Source of the DNA: Candidatus Iainarchaeum sp.
GTDB taxonomy: Archaea > Iainarchaeota > Iainarchaeia > Iainarchaeales > UBA10219
Direction: 5' to 3'
NCBI GenBank assembly: GCA_018304425.1
Contig: JAGVWE010000007.1
Location: 1-64,000 of the forward strand
DNA length: 64,000 nucleotides
Shown here: one piece after another, positions 55,518-64,000 of the stretch
How positions within the stretch are numbered: the stretch's first letter is position 1
Layout of the letters: the number at the start of each line of letters is the position of its first letter
Notes under the pieces: generated by a model
Databases searched by the model: none
Seen by the model: only the letters and a program-made list of their open reading frames with translations
Told to the model about the DNA's origin: nothing
Position numbers and translations under genes: made by a program

Positions 55518-56642
55518 TTAGCCGATGACCACGCCCAGCCACAAGCCAACCAAATAGGTTACGGTGGCCGCGCCCAGGCCAACCAGCGTCATTTCGAGGC
55601 CGCTGCGGAAAAACGAGCGAAGCGTCACCAGGGTGCGCAACGCGCCCGCCAGGAACAGGGCCAGGCACGTGAAAGCAATCGAGGCCGGCAAGGCCGAGGG
55701 CAGGGGCAGCAACGCGAAGGGCAGGACCGGGACCATTCCGGCCACGGCGAACGCGAAACCCGTGTAGGCGGCAAGGCGCCTGGGAGAATCGAAACTGGCT
55801 TCGCCAATGCCTTGTTGTTCGGTCAGCAGGGCCTTCACGAACTCCGCGGGGGAACGCGCCAACCGCTCGGTGACGGTGCGCGCCTCTGCCTCCGTGAAGC
55901 CCTTGGCCAGGTACGCGCGCCGCAACTGTTCTTTCTTGTCCTCCAAGGCAAAGGCAATGGCCTCGCGTTGGAGGCCCGCGCGGGACTCAAACACTTCCTG
56001 CTCGGCTTTCACCGAAATGTAGTTGGACGCGGCCATCGAGACCGCGCCGGCAATCAGTCCCGCGGTTCCCGCGATGAGGACCGGCGCGGTTGCCTGGCTG
56101 GCGCCTGCAACGCCGGCCACCAGGGCCAGCGTGCTTCCCAGGCCGTCGTTCGCGCCGAGAATCATGCTCCGCAAGACGCCTGCCGAACGCCCGGTTTCCT
56201 GCAACTGGTCGAACAACTCGACTTCGTGGCTGACTTCCTCGGGCAGCAACTGCTTGAAGAGGGCCTGCGCGCGCTCGTCCTTCCACCGGCTGGCCTGGTC
56301 CTTGTACCTGGCGATGCCATCCACTTCCGCCTTGTGCAGCAAGGGCAGCACCGCGCGTACACCAGCCAGGCGCGCAAGCAGGGCGAGGACCTGGTGCTCA
56401 ACCATCCGCTGGCGCGCGGGCACGGCCTGCCTTAGTTCGTCCAAGAGCTCTCGCCAGTGGCCGGCATGCTTTTCCTCGAAAGACGCCAGGGAACGCAGCA
56501 GCGCGGCCCGCGCCGCGTCCTTGTCCATGGCGGCCAGGGCCTCGTACAGCCACTGGCTGGACACCTCGTCCACGTAATTGGCTTGGAGTTCGCGCACGTC
56601 CCGCGCACGCCATTCAAAGGCATTGGCTGCAGCCATAACCAT
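55518..56642 (-). CDS. Ferritin/rubrerythrin-VIT1/CCC1 fusion (MbfA-like iron transporter)
   Basis: EEKH and EVSH di-iron motifs; ILGANDGL, AGAVSMA VIT1 motifs. Confidence 0.88.
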   Translation of the reverse strand: MVMAAANAFEWRARDVRELQANYVDEVSSQWLYEALAAMDKDAARAALLRSLASFEEKHAGHWRELLDELRQAVPARQRMVEHQVLALLARLAGVRAVLPLLHKAEVDGIARYKDQASRWKDERAQALFKQLLPEEVSHEVELFDQLQETGRSAGVLRSMILGANDGLGSTLALVAGVAGASQATAPVLIAGTAGLIAGAVSMAASNYISVKAEQEVFESRAGLQREAIAFALEDKKEQLRRAYLAKGFTEAEARTVTERLARSPAEFVKALLTEQQGIGEASFDSPRRLAAYTGFAFAVAGMVPVLPFALLPLPSALPASIAFTCLALFLAGALRTLVTLRSFFRSGLEMTLVGLGAATVTYLVGLWLGVVIG

Positions 56643-56710
56643 GCCTGTGCCCCGAACAGAATAAATAAAGCGGGGTTATAAAGTTTTCCCTGGCTAAAAT
56701 CGTGGGGCCA

Positions 56711-56783
56711 GGGGAGGTAGTCTAGTCTGGCAGGATACCAGCTTGGGGTGCTGGCGACCCGAGTTCAAATCTCGGCCTCCCCA
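56711..56783 (+). tRNA. tRNA-Pro(GGG)
   Basis: Cloverleaf; CCAGC-TTGGGGT-GCTGG. Confidence 0.95.
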
Positions 56784-56933
56784 CTGACCGCCACAGCCGG
56801 TCAACGTCTGTGGACTTTCCCGTGCCGCTTCGCGTCACGGGAAGAGGCCTGCCTTTGGGCAGGCCCCAAGTTGCAGCAAACCTTTAAATACTCCTGTGGA
56901 TATAAGTAGTATGATGAACCTGCAAAGAAGGCG

Positions 56934-57736
56934 ATGTATTCCAGGCCGGTTCCACTGATTTCACTAGCCATCGCCCCAAATTTTTCTGCATCGGTTTCAT
57001 CGGCTTCGGCCGCCTTGCCTCCGCGCTGGCTGCCGGGCTCCTCTCTGCCGGCTGGCCTGCGCGCCTGATTTCCGCGTGCACGCGGCGCAACGCTCGGACC
57101 ATTGCCGGTGTGCGTTGCACCCGTGATTGGGCGTCCACGCTCCGGAACGCGCGCGTCGTCATCCTCGCGGTCAAGCCGAAGGACGCCGAAGCCGCGCTCA
57201 CGCAGGCCCGGCCGCACTTCGCCCGCGACACGCTGCTGGTTTCCGTGGTCACCGGGGTTTCCCTGAAAAACCTGCAGTCTTTTTTCGGCTTGAAGCGAGT
57301 CGCGTACGCCATGCCGAACGTGGCCGCGCGCGAAAATTGTTCGCTTACTGCGCTGTGCTTCAGCCGCGCGTGCACGCGCCAGGACAAGCGCAGGGTGCAG
57401 GAAATATTCGGCCTGCTCGGCGAGACCCTCTCGCTTTCTGAGCGTGACTTCATGGCTTTCATGTACGCCGACGCTTGCGGCATTGCTATCGTCTCCTATC
57501 TCGTGCAGGCGCTCTTCCTTTCGTTCAACGATTTGGGTCTATCGGAAAAACTTTCGCTGCGCGTCACGCGCGCGCTGCTCCGCGGCACGGCCTCGCTTGC
57601 GGACACCTGGTCGTTCGAGGAGATAATCGGAATGGTGAAGACTAAGCGCGGCTACACCGAGCGGTTGCTGCAAGCCCTGGACCAGCAACGCGTCGCCAAA
57701 GGAATTCGGCGCGCGTACGAAAAGGTGGGCCGATGA
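56934..57736 (+). CDS. proC: Pyrroline-5-carboxylate reductase lacking an in-frame start (frameshifted or pseudogene)
   Basis: IGFIGFGRLA Rossmann motif (~56990), LAVKP, VSVVTG, MPN. No ATG/GTG/TTG in frame upstream of the Rossmann motif. Confidence 0.7.
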
Positions 57737-58995
57737 CCTCCATGAAATCGTTGGCCGCTGGGGCGCGCACCGCGCAGTCCGAACTGGCCGCGTCCACTTC
57801 CACGCAACGCGCGAAAGCCCTGCGCTGGATGGCCAAGGCCGTGCGGAAATCCGGGAACCGGGTCCTGGCCGCCAACCGCAAGGACCTGGCCCGTGCCCGC
57901 GTAAAAGGCGTTTCCGAGGCGTTCCTTGACCGATTACGGCTTAGCGACCGGCGGCTGGAAGAGGCCGTTCAGGCGGTCGAAGAGTTTAGTCGTCGCGAGG
58001 ATTTGCTCGGTGAAACCATCGAGGCATGGACGACTTCCGCCGGCCTCCGCATCCGCAAAGTGCGCGTGCCCCTCGGCGTGGTGCTGTTGGTGTTCGAAGC
58101 CCGGCCCCTCGTGTGCCTGGAAGCCGCCATGCTCGCGTTGAAGGCAGGCAACGCCCTCCTGCTCCGCCCCTCCCGCGACGCGGAGAATTCCTGCCGCGAA
58201 CTCATTGCCTGCGTTCGTTCCGCGCTGAAGCATGCCGGCCTGTCCGCCGACTGCGTGGCCCTCGTGCCTCCCGTCGGCGGCAAGCGGAGGCTGCACGAGC
58301 TGCTTGCCTTGCATGGCCTCATCGACGTCGTCATCCCCCGCGGCGGGGCTTCGTTCATCGACTGGGTGCGCTCGCACGCGAAAATCCCGGTCATCGAGAC
58401 CGGTGCGGGCAACTGCCACGTCTACGTCGACGCGTCCGCAGACGCATCCGCAAATCTCCGGCAGGCGCTTGCCATCCTCGTGAACGCGAAAACCTCGCGT
58501 CCCTCGGTGTGCAACGCGGCCGAGAAACTGCTCGTGCACAAAGCCATTGCCAGAAAGTTCCTGCCGGTGGCCGTGGCCGCGTTGCGCGAGCGCGGCGTGC
58601 GCGTGCATGGCTGTGAGCGCTCCCGCAAACTCGTGAAGGGGCTTTTGCGTGCCACCGAGGCCGACTGGTTCAAGGAATATCTTGGCCTGGAAATCGCGGT
58701 CAAGGTGGTTGACTCGGTCGACGAAGCCATTGCGCACATCAACCGTTATTCCACGCACCACTCGGAGGCCATCTGCGCGAAGGACCGGAAGGCACTCCGC
58801 CGGTTCCTCGCTGGCGTGGATTCGGCCGCGGTTTACGCCAATGCCAGCACGCGGTTTTCGGATGGGGGTTGTTTCGGCTTCGGCGGGGAAATCGGCATCA
58901 GCACGCAGAAGCTGCACGCCCGTGGCCCCATGGCCGAGCGGGAGTTGACGTCCTACAAGTACGTGGTGGAAGGCAAGGGCCAGGTGAGGACATGA
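57733..58995 (+). CDS. proA: Gamma-glutamyl phosphate reductase
   Basis: VPLGV, IPRGG, GNCHVY, CNAAE, NASTRFSDG, ISTQKLHARGP. Confidence 0.96.
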   Translation: MTSMKSLAAGARTAQSELAASTSTQRAKALRWMAKAVRKSGNRVLAANRKDLARARVKGVSEAFLDRLRLSDRRLEEAVQAVEEFSRREDLLGETIEAWTTSAGLRIRKVRVPLGVVLLVFEARPLVCLEAAMLALKAGNALLLRPSRDAENSCRELIACVRSALKHAGLSADCVALVPPVGGKRRLHELLALHGLIDVVIPRGGASFIDWVRSHAKIPVIETGAGNCHVYVDASADASANLRQALAILVNAKTSRPSVCNAAEKLLVHKAIARKFLPVAVAALRERGVRVHGCERSRKLVKGLLRATEADWFKEYLGLEIAVKVVDSVDEAIAHINRYSTHHSEAICAKDRKALRRFLAGVDSAAVYANASTRFSDGGCFGFGGEIGISTQKLHARGPMAERELTSYKYVVEGKGQVRT

Positions 58996-59822
58996 CTGAA
59001 AACCTGTTCGCGGGCACGAAGCGGCTGCTGGTGAAGATTGGCACCAATGCCTTGCTGAAGGACAATGCCCCGGACCGGAGGGCCATGAAGGACTTGGCGC
59101 GCGCGCTTTCCGCGCTGCGGAGGCGCGGCATCCAGTGCGCCCTGGTGTCCAGTGGAGCCATCGGCTTCGGCTGTGAGCGGCTCTACCTCACCCGCAGCAC
59201 GCTTAGCCTGGCGCTCCAGCAGGCCTGTGCCGCCGTCGGCCAGGTGGAGTTGATGGCCGAGTACGCGCGCGCCTTCCAGGCCTTCAACCAGCGCATGGCC
59301 CAGGTGCTGGTTTCGGGCGAGAATTTCCGTTCCCCGCAGGCCCTGGCCAACCTGCGCGCCACGGTGGAAGCCTTGTTTGGCCTCAACACCATTCCGGTCT
59401 TCAACGAGAACGACGCGGTCTCGGTCGCCGAACTCGATAGTGGCAAGCTGTTCTCGGACAACGATGGCCTCACGGCCTTGGTGGCCCTGCACCTGGGTTT
59501 CGATGGCGTCGTCTTCATCTCGGATGTCGGCGGCCTCTACGAGCGGGGAGCGGGTGGAAACGGCTTTGGGGTGCTGGTCAGGGAAGTGGGGGACGTGTCC
59601 GTGCTCGACTTTTCCGGCCGCGTCGTGGGGGCCAATGGCAAGGGCGGCCTTGCCTCCAAGCTGGCGGCCACCCGGCGGCTCACCGAGCAAGGCATCCCGG
59701 TGGCGCTCGTCAAGAAGGAGAAGGACGCGCTGGACAAGGTCTTCGCGGGCCGCGCCCATGGCACGCTTTTTATGCCTAAGCCGGGAATGCTGGGCGGGGG
59801 AGAAAACCGTGGCAATGATTGA
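58992..59822 (+). CDS. proB: Glutamate 5-kinase (no PUA domain)
   Basis: VKIGT, VSSGAI, AAVGQ, NEND, DND. Confidence 0.93.
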   Translation: MTENLFAGTKRLLVKIGTNALLKDNAPDRRAMKDLARALSALRRRGIQCALVSSGAIGFGCERLYLTRSTLSLALQQACAAVGQVELMAEYARAFQAFNQRMAQVLVSGENFRSPQALANLRATVEALFGLNTIPVFNENDAVSVAELDSGKLFSDNDGLTALVALHLGFDGVVFISDVGGLYERGAGGNGFGVLVREVGDVSVLDFSGRVVGANGKGGLASKLAATRRLTEQGIPVALVKKEKDALDKVFAGRAHGTLFMPKPGMLGGGENRGND

Positions 59823-60141
59823 CGACTTCCTGAAACTCGACATCCGTGTCGGAAAGGTCATCCAGGTGGAGGAGGCCCCGGACCTCCGGAAGCCGGTCTA
59901 CAAGCTGACGATCGACTTCGGCGCGGAAATCGGCGTGAAGCGTTCCCTGGCAGGGGTTCCGCCCAACTACAAAAAGGAGGCCTTGCTCAACCAGCTCGTG
60001 CTCGCGGTAGTGAATTTCCCGCCGCGGCAGATGGGCAAGCACCTCTCAGAAGTGCTCACCTTGGGCGTGGACGACGCCGAGGGGAAGTGCGTGCTCATCA
60101 AGCCCGATTGGGACGTGTTTTTGGGCTCGCGGCTGCACTAG
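59815..60141 (+). CDS. csaA: CsaA/Trbp111-like tRNA-binding chaperone
   Basis: DIRVG, IDFG, VVNFPPRQ, SEVLTLG. Confidence 0.88.
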   Translation: MIDDFLKLDIRVGKVIQVEEAPDLRKPVYKLTIDFGAEIGVKRSLAGVPPNYKKEALLNQLVLAVVNFPPRQMGKHLSEVLTLGVDDAEGKCVLIKPDWDVFLGSRLH

Positions 60142-60153
60142 GCCCTGTGTCGG

Positions 60154-60432
60154 CTACTGGTAGGCATGGTTGTGGTGGTCGAAGTCTACGAAGAGAACGA
60201 ATTTGATCGCCTTGTCATATTTGAACGTCAGCACAAAGTGCTTGTCGATGTGCACGCGTTGTTCTCCCTTGCGCCCGTGCCGCAGGTGCTTGTAGCGTTC
60301 GATGGCGGATTCGTCCGAGTTGACGATTTCCTGGATTTTCTTCATCACGATTTCGTACCTGTGGCGGTCGCGCCTGAAAAGCCTGTCAAGGATGGATTTC
60401 AGTTCAGGGGAAAAGTCGTGGGCTAGCGGCAT
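60154..60432 (-). CDS. RelE/YafQ-like toxin
   Basis: YKHLRH...RVHI...FDHH. Confidence 0.8.
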   Translation of the reverse strand: MPLAHDFSPELKSILDRLFRRDRHRYEIVMKKIQEIVNSDESAIERYKHLRHGRKGEQRVHIDKHFVLTFKYDKAIKFVLFVDFDHHNHAYQ

Positions 60433-60696
60433 TTACTTACCTTCGATTTCCTTGCGCAGCTCTTCGATGCTCGTGGGCCGGTAGCCAGGTTTCCTGGCTT
60501 GCTTGTAGTACTCGCGCTGGATTCGGTCCAGCTTCTTCAAATAGCTCGGCTTCACCTTGCGTTCAACCTCGTCTTCGCCGTACATTTCCGCGAACTTGTT
60601 AATCGCCTCGCTCTTGTCCTTGAGCCCGTACTTGGCCTTGACGACCATCAGCACCCGGTTCGTGTACTCGTTCAGCGAGACCCTGGCGTCCACCAT
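60433..60696 (-). CDS. Antitoxin (DUF2683-like)
   Basis: NRVLMVVKAKYGLKDKSEAIN; abuts the toxin gene. Confidence 0.8.
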   Translation of the reverse strand: MVDARVSLNEYTNRVLMVVKAKYGLKDKSEAINKFAEMYGEDEVERKVKPSYLKKLDRIQREYYKQARKPGYRPTSIEELRKEIEGK

Positions 60697-60902
60697 GCAT
60701 GCACCTCCTGTGTATTCGGTGTACACATGGGGTGCATAGGGTTTAGTTAAGGCTTTCGGCTGCATGCGGGTAAAGTAGGCAACGGAATTAATTTAACTAT
60801 TTCGTTGATTGTCGTAATAAATGGCTTTTTGGGGGTCTGGGGGGTCCCGGGCAGCAGGGTTCCCAAGGTTTAAATAACTGGCTTCCCATATATGGTGCGT
60901 TC

Positions 60903-62357
60903 ATGGCCGAAAAAAAGCCTGCCGAAAGGGATGCTTTGCTGGGCATTGGCGTTAAGAAAGCCCAGGACTTCGTGGAATGGTATTCCCAGGTCGTGCTCAA
61001 GGCCGAGCTCGCCGACTACGCTCCCGTCAAGGGCTTCATGGTCATCCGGCCGCGGGGCTACGCGGTGTGGGAAAACATCCAGGCCCACTTCAACCAGTGC
61101 ATCAAGGCCTTGGGCGTGCAAAATGCGTACTTCCCGTTGCTGATTCCGGAGAGCTTCTTCAGGCGCGAGGCCGAGCACGCGCAGGGCTTCGCCCCCGAGC
61201 TCGCCTGGATCGAGAAAAAGGAGGGCGAGGAACGCGTGGCCATCCGCCCCACGAGCGAGACCATCATGTATGATTCCTACGCGAAGTGGATCAGGTCCTA
61301 CCGCGACCTGCCCCTGCGTATCAACCAGTGGTGCAACGTGCTCCGCTGGGAAGTCAGCCAGACCAAGATTTTCTTGCGGACGCGGGAGTTCCTCTGGCAG
61401 GAAGGCCACTGCGTGTACGAGTCGAAAGAGGACTGCGACCGGGAAGTCCAGCTGATGCTGGAGGAATATCGGAAACTATGCGAGGACGTGCTGGCCATCC
61501 CGGTGCTGACCGGTTACAAGTCGAAGGCCGAGACCTTCGCCGGCGCGCTTTACACCACGACCTTGGAGGCGCTGATGCCGGACGGGAAGGCCCTGCAGTT
61601 GGGCACCTCCCACAACCTGGGCCAGGGCTTCGCGAAAGCGTTCGGCATCGAGTTCCTGGGCCGCGACGAGGAAAAGCACGTGCCCTGGCAGTCTTCCTGG
61701 GGTTTTTCCACGCGCCTGATTGGGGCCCTGGTGATGGTGCACGGGGACGACAAGGGCTTAATCCTGCCGCCCCGCATCGCCTCGGTGAAGGCCGTGGTCG
61801 TGCCCATCGTCTTTGACAAGGGCCGCGAGGCCGTGCTGGCGAAGGCCAGGGAGCTGGCACAGGCGCTCAGCAAAGCCGGCATAGCCTGCCACTTGGATGA
61901 CCGCGACGAGTACTCCGCGGGCTGGAAGTTCAACGAATGGGAACTGAAAGGGGTTCCCCTTCGCGTCGAGGTGGGCCCGAAGGACGTCGAAAAAAAGCAG
62001 TGCGTCCTGGTGCGCCGTGACACCGGGGAAAAGGCGTTCGTCAAGGAAACCGATCTGGTGCAGGAAGCGGGGCGGCTCTTGGACGCCGTCCAGGCAGGCC
62101 TCTTGGCGCGCGCGAAGAAGTTCCGCGACGAGAACACCGTGGAAGCCAAGTCGTACGCGGACTTCCAGAAGGCCATCGAGGCGCGCAAGCTGGTGAAGGC
62201 CTTTTTCTGCGAGCAGGAAGCCTGCGAGAAGAAAATCAAGGAAGAGACGACCGCGACCAGCCGCTGCATTCCCTTCAACCAATCGGGTGCCGGCGGAAAA
62301 TGCGTCAAATGCGGCAGCCCGGCCAAGCGGTGGGCGTACTTCGCGAAGAACTACTGA
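60903..62357 (+). CDS. proS: Prolyl-tRNA synthetase, archaeal/eukaryote type
   Basis: IRPTSET, FLRTREFLWQEGH, GTSHNLGQ, C-terminal Zn domain ending in Y. Confidence 0.97.
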   Translation: MAEKKPAERDALLGIGVKKAQDFVEWYSQVVLKAELADYAPVKGFMVIRPRGYAVWENIQAHFNQCIKALGVQNAYFPLLIPESFFRREAEHAQGFAPELAWIEKKEGEERVAIRPTSETIMYDSYAKWIRSYRDLPLRINQWCNVLRWEVSQTKIFLRTREFLWQEGHCVYESKEDCDREVQLMLEEYRKLCEDVLAIPVLTGYKSKAETFAGALYTTTLEALMPDGKALQLGTSHNLGQGFAKAFGIEFLGRDEEKHVPWQSSWGFSTRLIGALVMVHGDDKGLILPPRIASVKAVVVPIVFDKGREAVLAKARELAQALSKAGIACHLDDRDEYSAGWKFNEWELKGVPLRVEVGPKDVEKKQCVLVRRDTGEKAFVKETDLVQEAGRLLDAVQAGLLARAKKFRDENTVEAKSYADFQKAIEARKLVKAFFCEQEACEKKIKEETTATSRCIPFNQSGAGGKCVKCGSPAKRWAYFAKNY

Positions 62358-62382
62358 TTTACCGCTGCGGTTCGGCACGCGT

Positions 62383-62640
62383 TCACGGATACGGTGAGCG
62401 GTTGGCAATCAGGCCCTCGTGCTTCGTGGCCGGCACTTTTTTCTTTATGTGGATTTTGGAGACGAAGACAACAAATAGGAGAAGCCCCAGGCCCGCCGAA
62501 TAGATAAGCCATTCCCGATAAATAAATTCTCCTTGGGGGCCGGTGAATGTCCCGGTTGCAAGGGCGGCGATGCCAGCTGTCGCCAGCACCAAGCCATTCA
62601 ATCCGAGCAAGAGGCCCGTGATTTTTTTTGCCATTCCCAT
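62383..62640 (-). CDS. Small 2-TM membrane protein ending NRSPYP
   Basis: Two hydrophobic helices; TATA-like box upstream. Confidence 0.6.
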   Translation of the reverse strand: MGMAKKITGLLLGLNGLVLATAGIAALATGTFTGPQGEFIYREWLIYSAGLGLLLFVVFVSKIHIKKKVPATKHEGLIANRSPYP

Positions 62641-62677
62641 GATACGTTGTTAAGCGGATTCGCTTATAATTATAGGC

Positions 62678-62983
62678 ATGGCCTCAAACCGATTGAAGGG
62701 GGCTTTTAAGAATGGATACGACTTCTTGGACGCCCTGTCTCTGGTTGGGGACTACTTGGAGGAACCGGGTGAACTCACTCGCTGCCTCGAGGAAGTCGGC
62801 GACAAGCGGAAGAAAGCGCTTGAGAGAGAATGGAAAAACGCCGAACTCGTCAGCAAACACCGCACCATTCTCACGTCGTGGTCGGAGGACGACCGCTATG
62901 CGGACGACAGATTTTACCAGAAAAAGCTCCTTGAATGCTATGATGTGAACCGGAAGTTGCGTCGGGCCATGGGCCTGCCCTAG
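62678..62983 (+). CDS. Hypothetical protein, possibly a HEPN-like fragment
   Basis: ILTSWSEDDRY resembles the WxxxxRY segment of HEPN domains. Confidence 0.4.
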   Translation: MASNRLKGAFKNGYDFLDALSLVGDYLEEPGELTRCLEEVGDKRKKALEREWKNAELVSKHRTILTSWSEDDRYADDRFYQKKLLECYDVNRKLRRAMGLP

Positions 62984-62988
62984 CGGGT

Positions 62989-63252
62989 TCAAAAGAACTG
63001 CCGGTACCATCGCTCGTATTCCTTGTGCGTGCCGACAAAGTAGAACCTGGCTTGTTTCGGCGTTTCAAACACGCGGTACGCGATGCGATGCTGTCCGACT
63101 TCGTCGACGAAATAGTTGGCCCCTCGCTTCAGGTGCCGCTTGAACGGTTGTTCCAGGATTTTCGCAATCTTCTTGGCCACTCTTTCCTTCAACTCGTTGT
63201 CAAGCCGGTTGAAATGGACGGGCCAATTTTCGTCGAATGCTGCCGCATACAT
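62989..63252 (-). CDS. RelE/ParE-like toxin
   Basis: RHLKRG...VGQHRIAY...FVGTHKEYERWY. Confidence 0.75.
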   Translation of the reverse strand: MYAAAFDENWPVHFNRLDNELKERVAKKIAKILEQPFKRHLKRGANYFVDEVGQHRIAYRVFETPKQARFYFVGTHKEYERWYRQFF

Positions 63253-63257
63253 GCGCG

Positions 63258-63503
63258 TTATCCCTTCAGGTGTTTGGCATGAGCGCCGAGTGCCTGTTCG
63301 GGAGTGAGCAGCCTTCTTTTCCCTTCGCTTATTTCCTTGTCAATGGCATCCAGTTTCCGGTTCACGAGGGTTTCCTCGTCCAGGTACTCGTTTCCAAAGT
63401 GGACGATGGCCAGCCGGATGGCCTCGGATTGCGTGTTGGCATACCCGTCCTGGACCATGGTTTCCAGGATTTGCTTGGTCTTACCTCGTAAAGCTACGTT
63501 CAT
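63258..63503 (-). CDS. RHH antitoxin
   Basis: GYANTQSEAIRLAI; upstream of the toxin gene. Confidence 0.75.
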   Translation of the reverse strand: MNVALRGKTKQILETMVQDGYANTQSEAIRLAIVHFGNEYLDEETLVNRKLDAIDKEISEGKRRLLTPEQALGAHAKHLKG

Positions 63504-63597
63504 GGCGAAAACCAGTATAACCTATATGCCTCCCTTACGCTTTAAATAGGTTCTGTTTTTGCGTCAAATCGGTACCTACTGTCTTAGGGCAAGCGGT

Positions 63598-63852
63598 TCA
63601 CGGATAGGGTGAGCGGTTGATTGACATTCCTTCGCAACGCATGGGTGCGCGAGGCGTTGTTTGTGGGGTGCCAGTTGGCCTGGCAAAGAGCGCCCAAACC
63701 AGCACCAGCCAGAAGACGGCTAGCTGGGGTAACAGGCGGAGGAACCGTTCGCTACCCGTTGAGCCAGTGAAGAGGGCAGATAGTGCAATTGCGTGGTAAA
63801 CCATGAATTCCAGGCCAAACAGGGCTGCCAGAACCTTTTCATGGAATTTCAT
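63598..63852 (-). CDS. Small 2-TM membrane protein ending NRSPYP
   Basis: Two hydrophobic helices; same terminal hexapeptide as 62383-62640. Confidence 0.55.
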   Translation of the reverse strand: MKFHEKVLAALFGLEFMVYHAIALSALFTGSTGSERFLRLLPQLAVFWLVLVWALFARPTGTPQTTPRAPMRCEGMSINRSPYP

Positions 63853-63881
63853 ATTGACTTGTTGCCGCAAACAGAATAAAT

Positions 63882-64000
63882 ATGGATGCCAAAAAAGTGA
63901 AAGGCTTGTTGCAACTTGGCACGGTTAAAAAGATAATCGATTTCTTCATGGAGCCGCTGAAAAGAGAAAATGAGGCATTGAATGCTTGCCTGAAAGAAGT
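63882..64000 (+). CDS. Hypothetical protein, 5' part only
   Basis: Open frame MDAKKVKGLLQLG... running off the window. Confidence 0.35.
   Translation, partial: MDAKKVKGLLQLGTVKKIIDFFMEPLKRENEALNACLKE

Overview
Archaeal DNA, most consistent with a DPANN lineage such as Diapherotrites/Iainarchaeota or Micrarchaeota (taxon is inferred). Archaeal markers are GatD/GatE, ATP-dependent DNA ligase, archaeal-type AspRS and ProRS, BHB tRNA introns and TATA-box promoters. Bases 1-~6800 are a low-GC integrated-element remnant: a tyrosine integrase interrupted by an IS200/IS605 right end, a coupled small-gene operon, an HTH/zinc-knuckle protein and two HEPN-like genes, followed by an AbiE-like toxin-antitoxin (TA) pair. 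Bases ~8600-41200 are mostly housekeeping and envelope genes plus tRNA-Ile, intron-containing tRNA-Gln and an atypical tRNA-Asn. The most striking structure is at 41900-56800. Downstream of a 1270-aa surface protein ending in a PEF-CTERM-like (IPEY) sorting signal lie four orphan, mosaic copies of that sorting-signal sequence, each alternating with a TA or AAA-ATPase cassette. A similar alternation is built on tRNA-Pro copies, followed by proCAB and proS. A third mini-array, marked by a 24-bp NRSPYP-encoding repeat, follows proS. No CRISPR array or rRNA was seen. All family assignments come from motif recognition by eye, not database searches.
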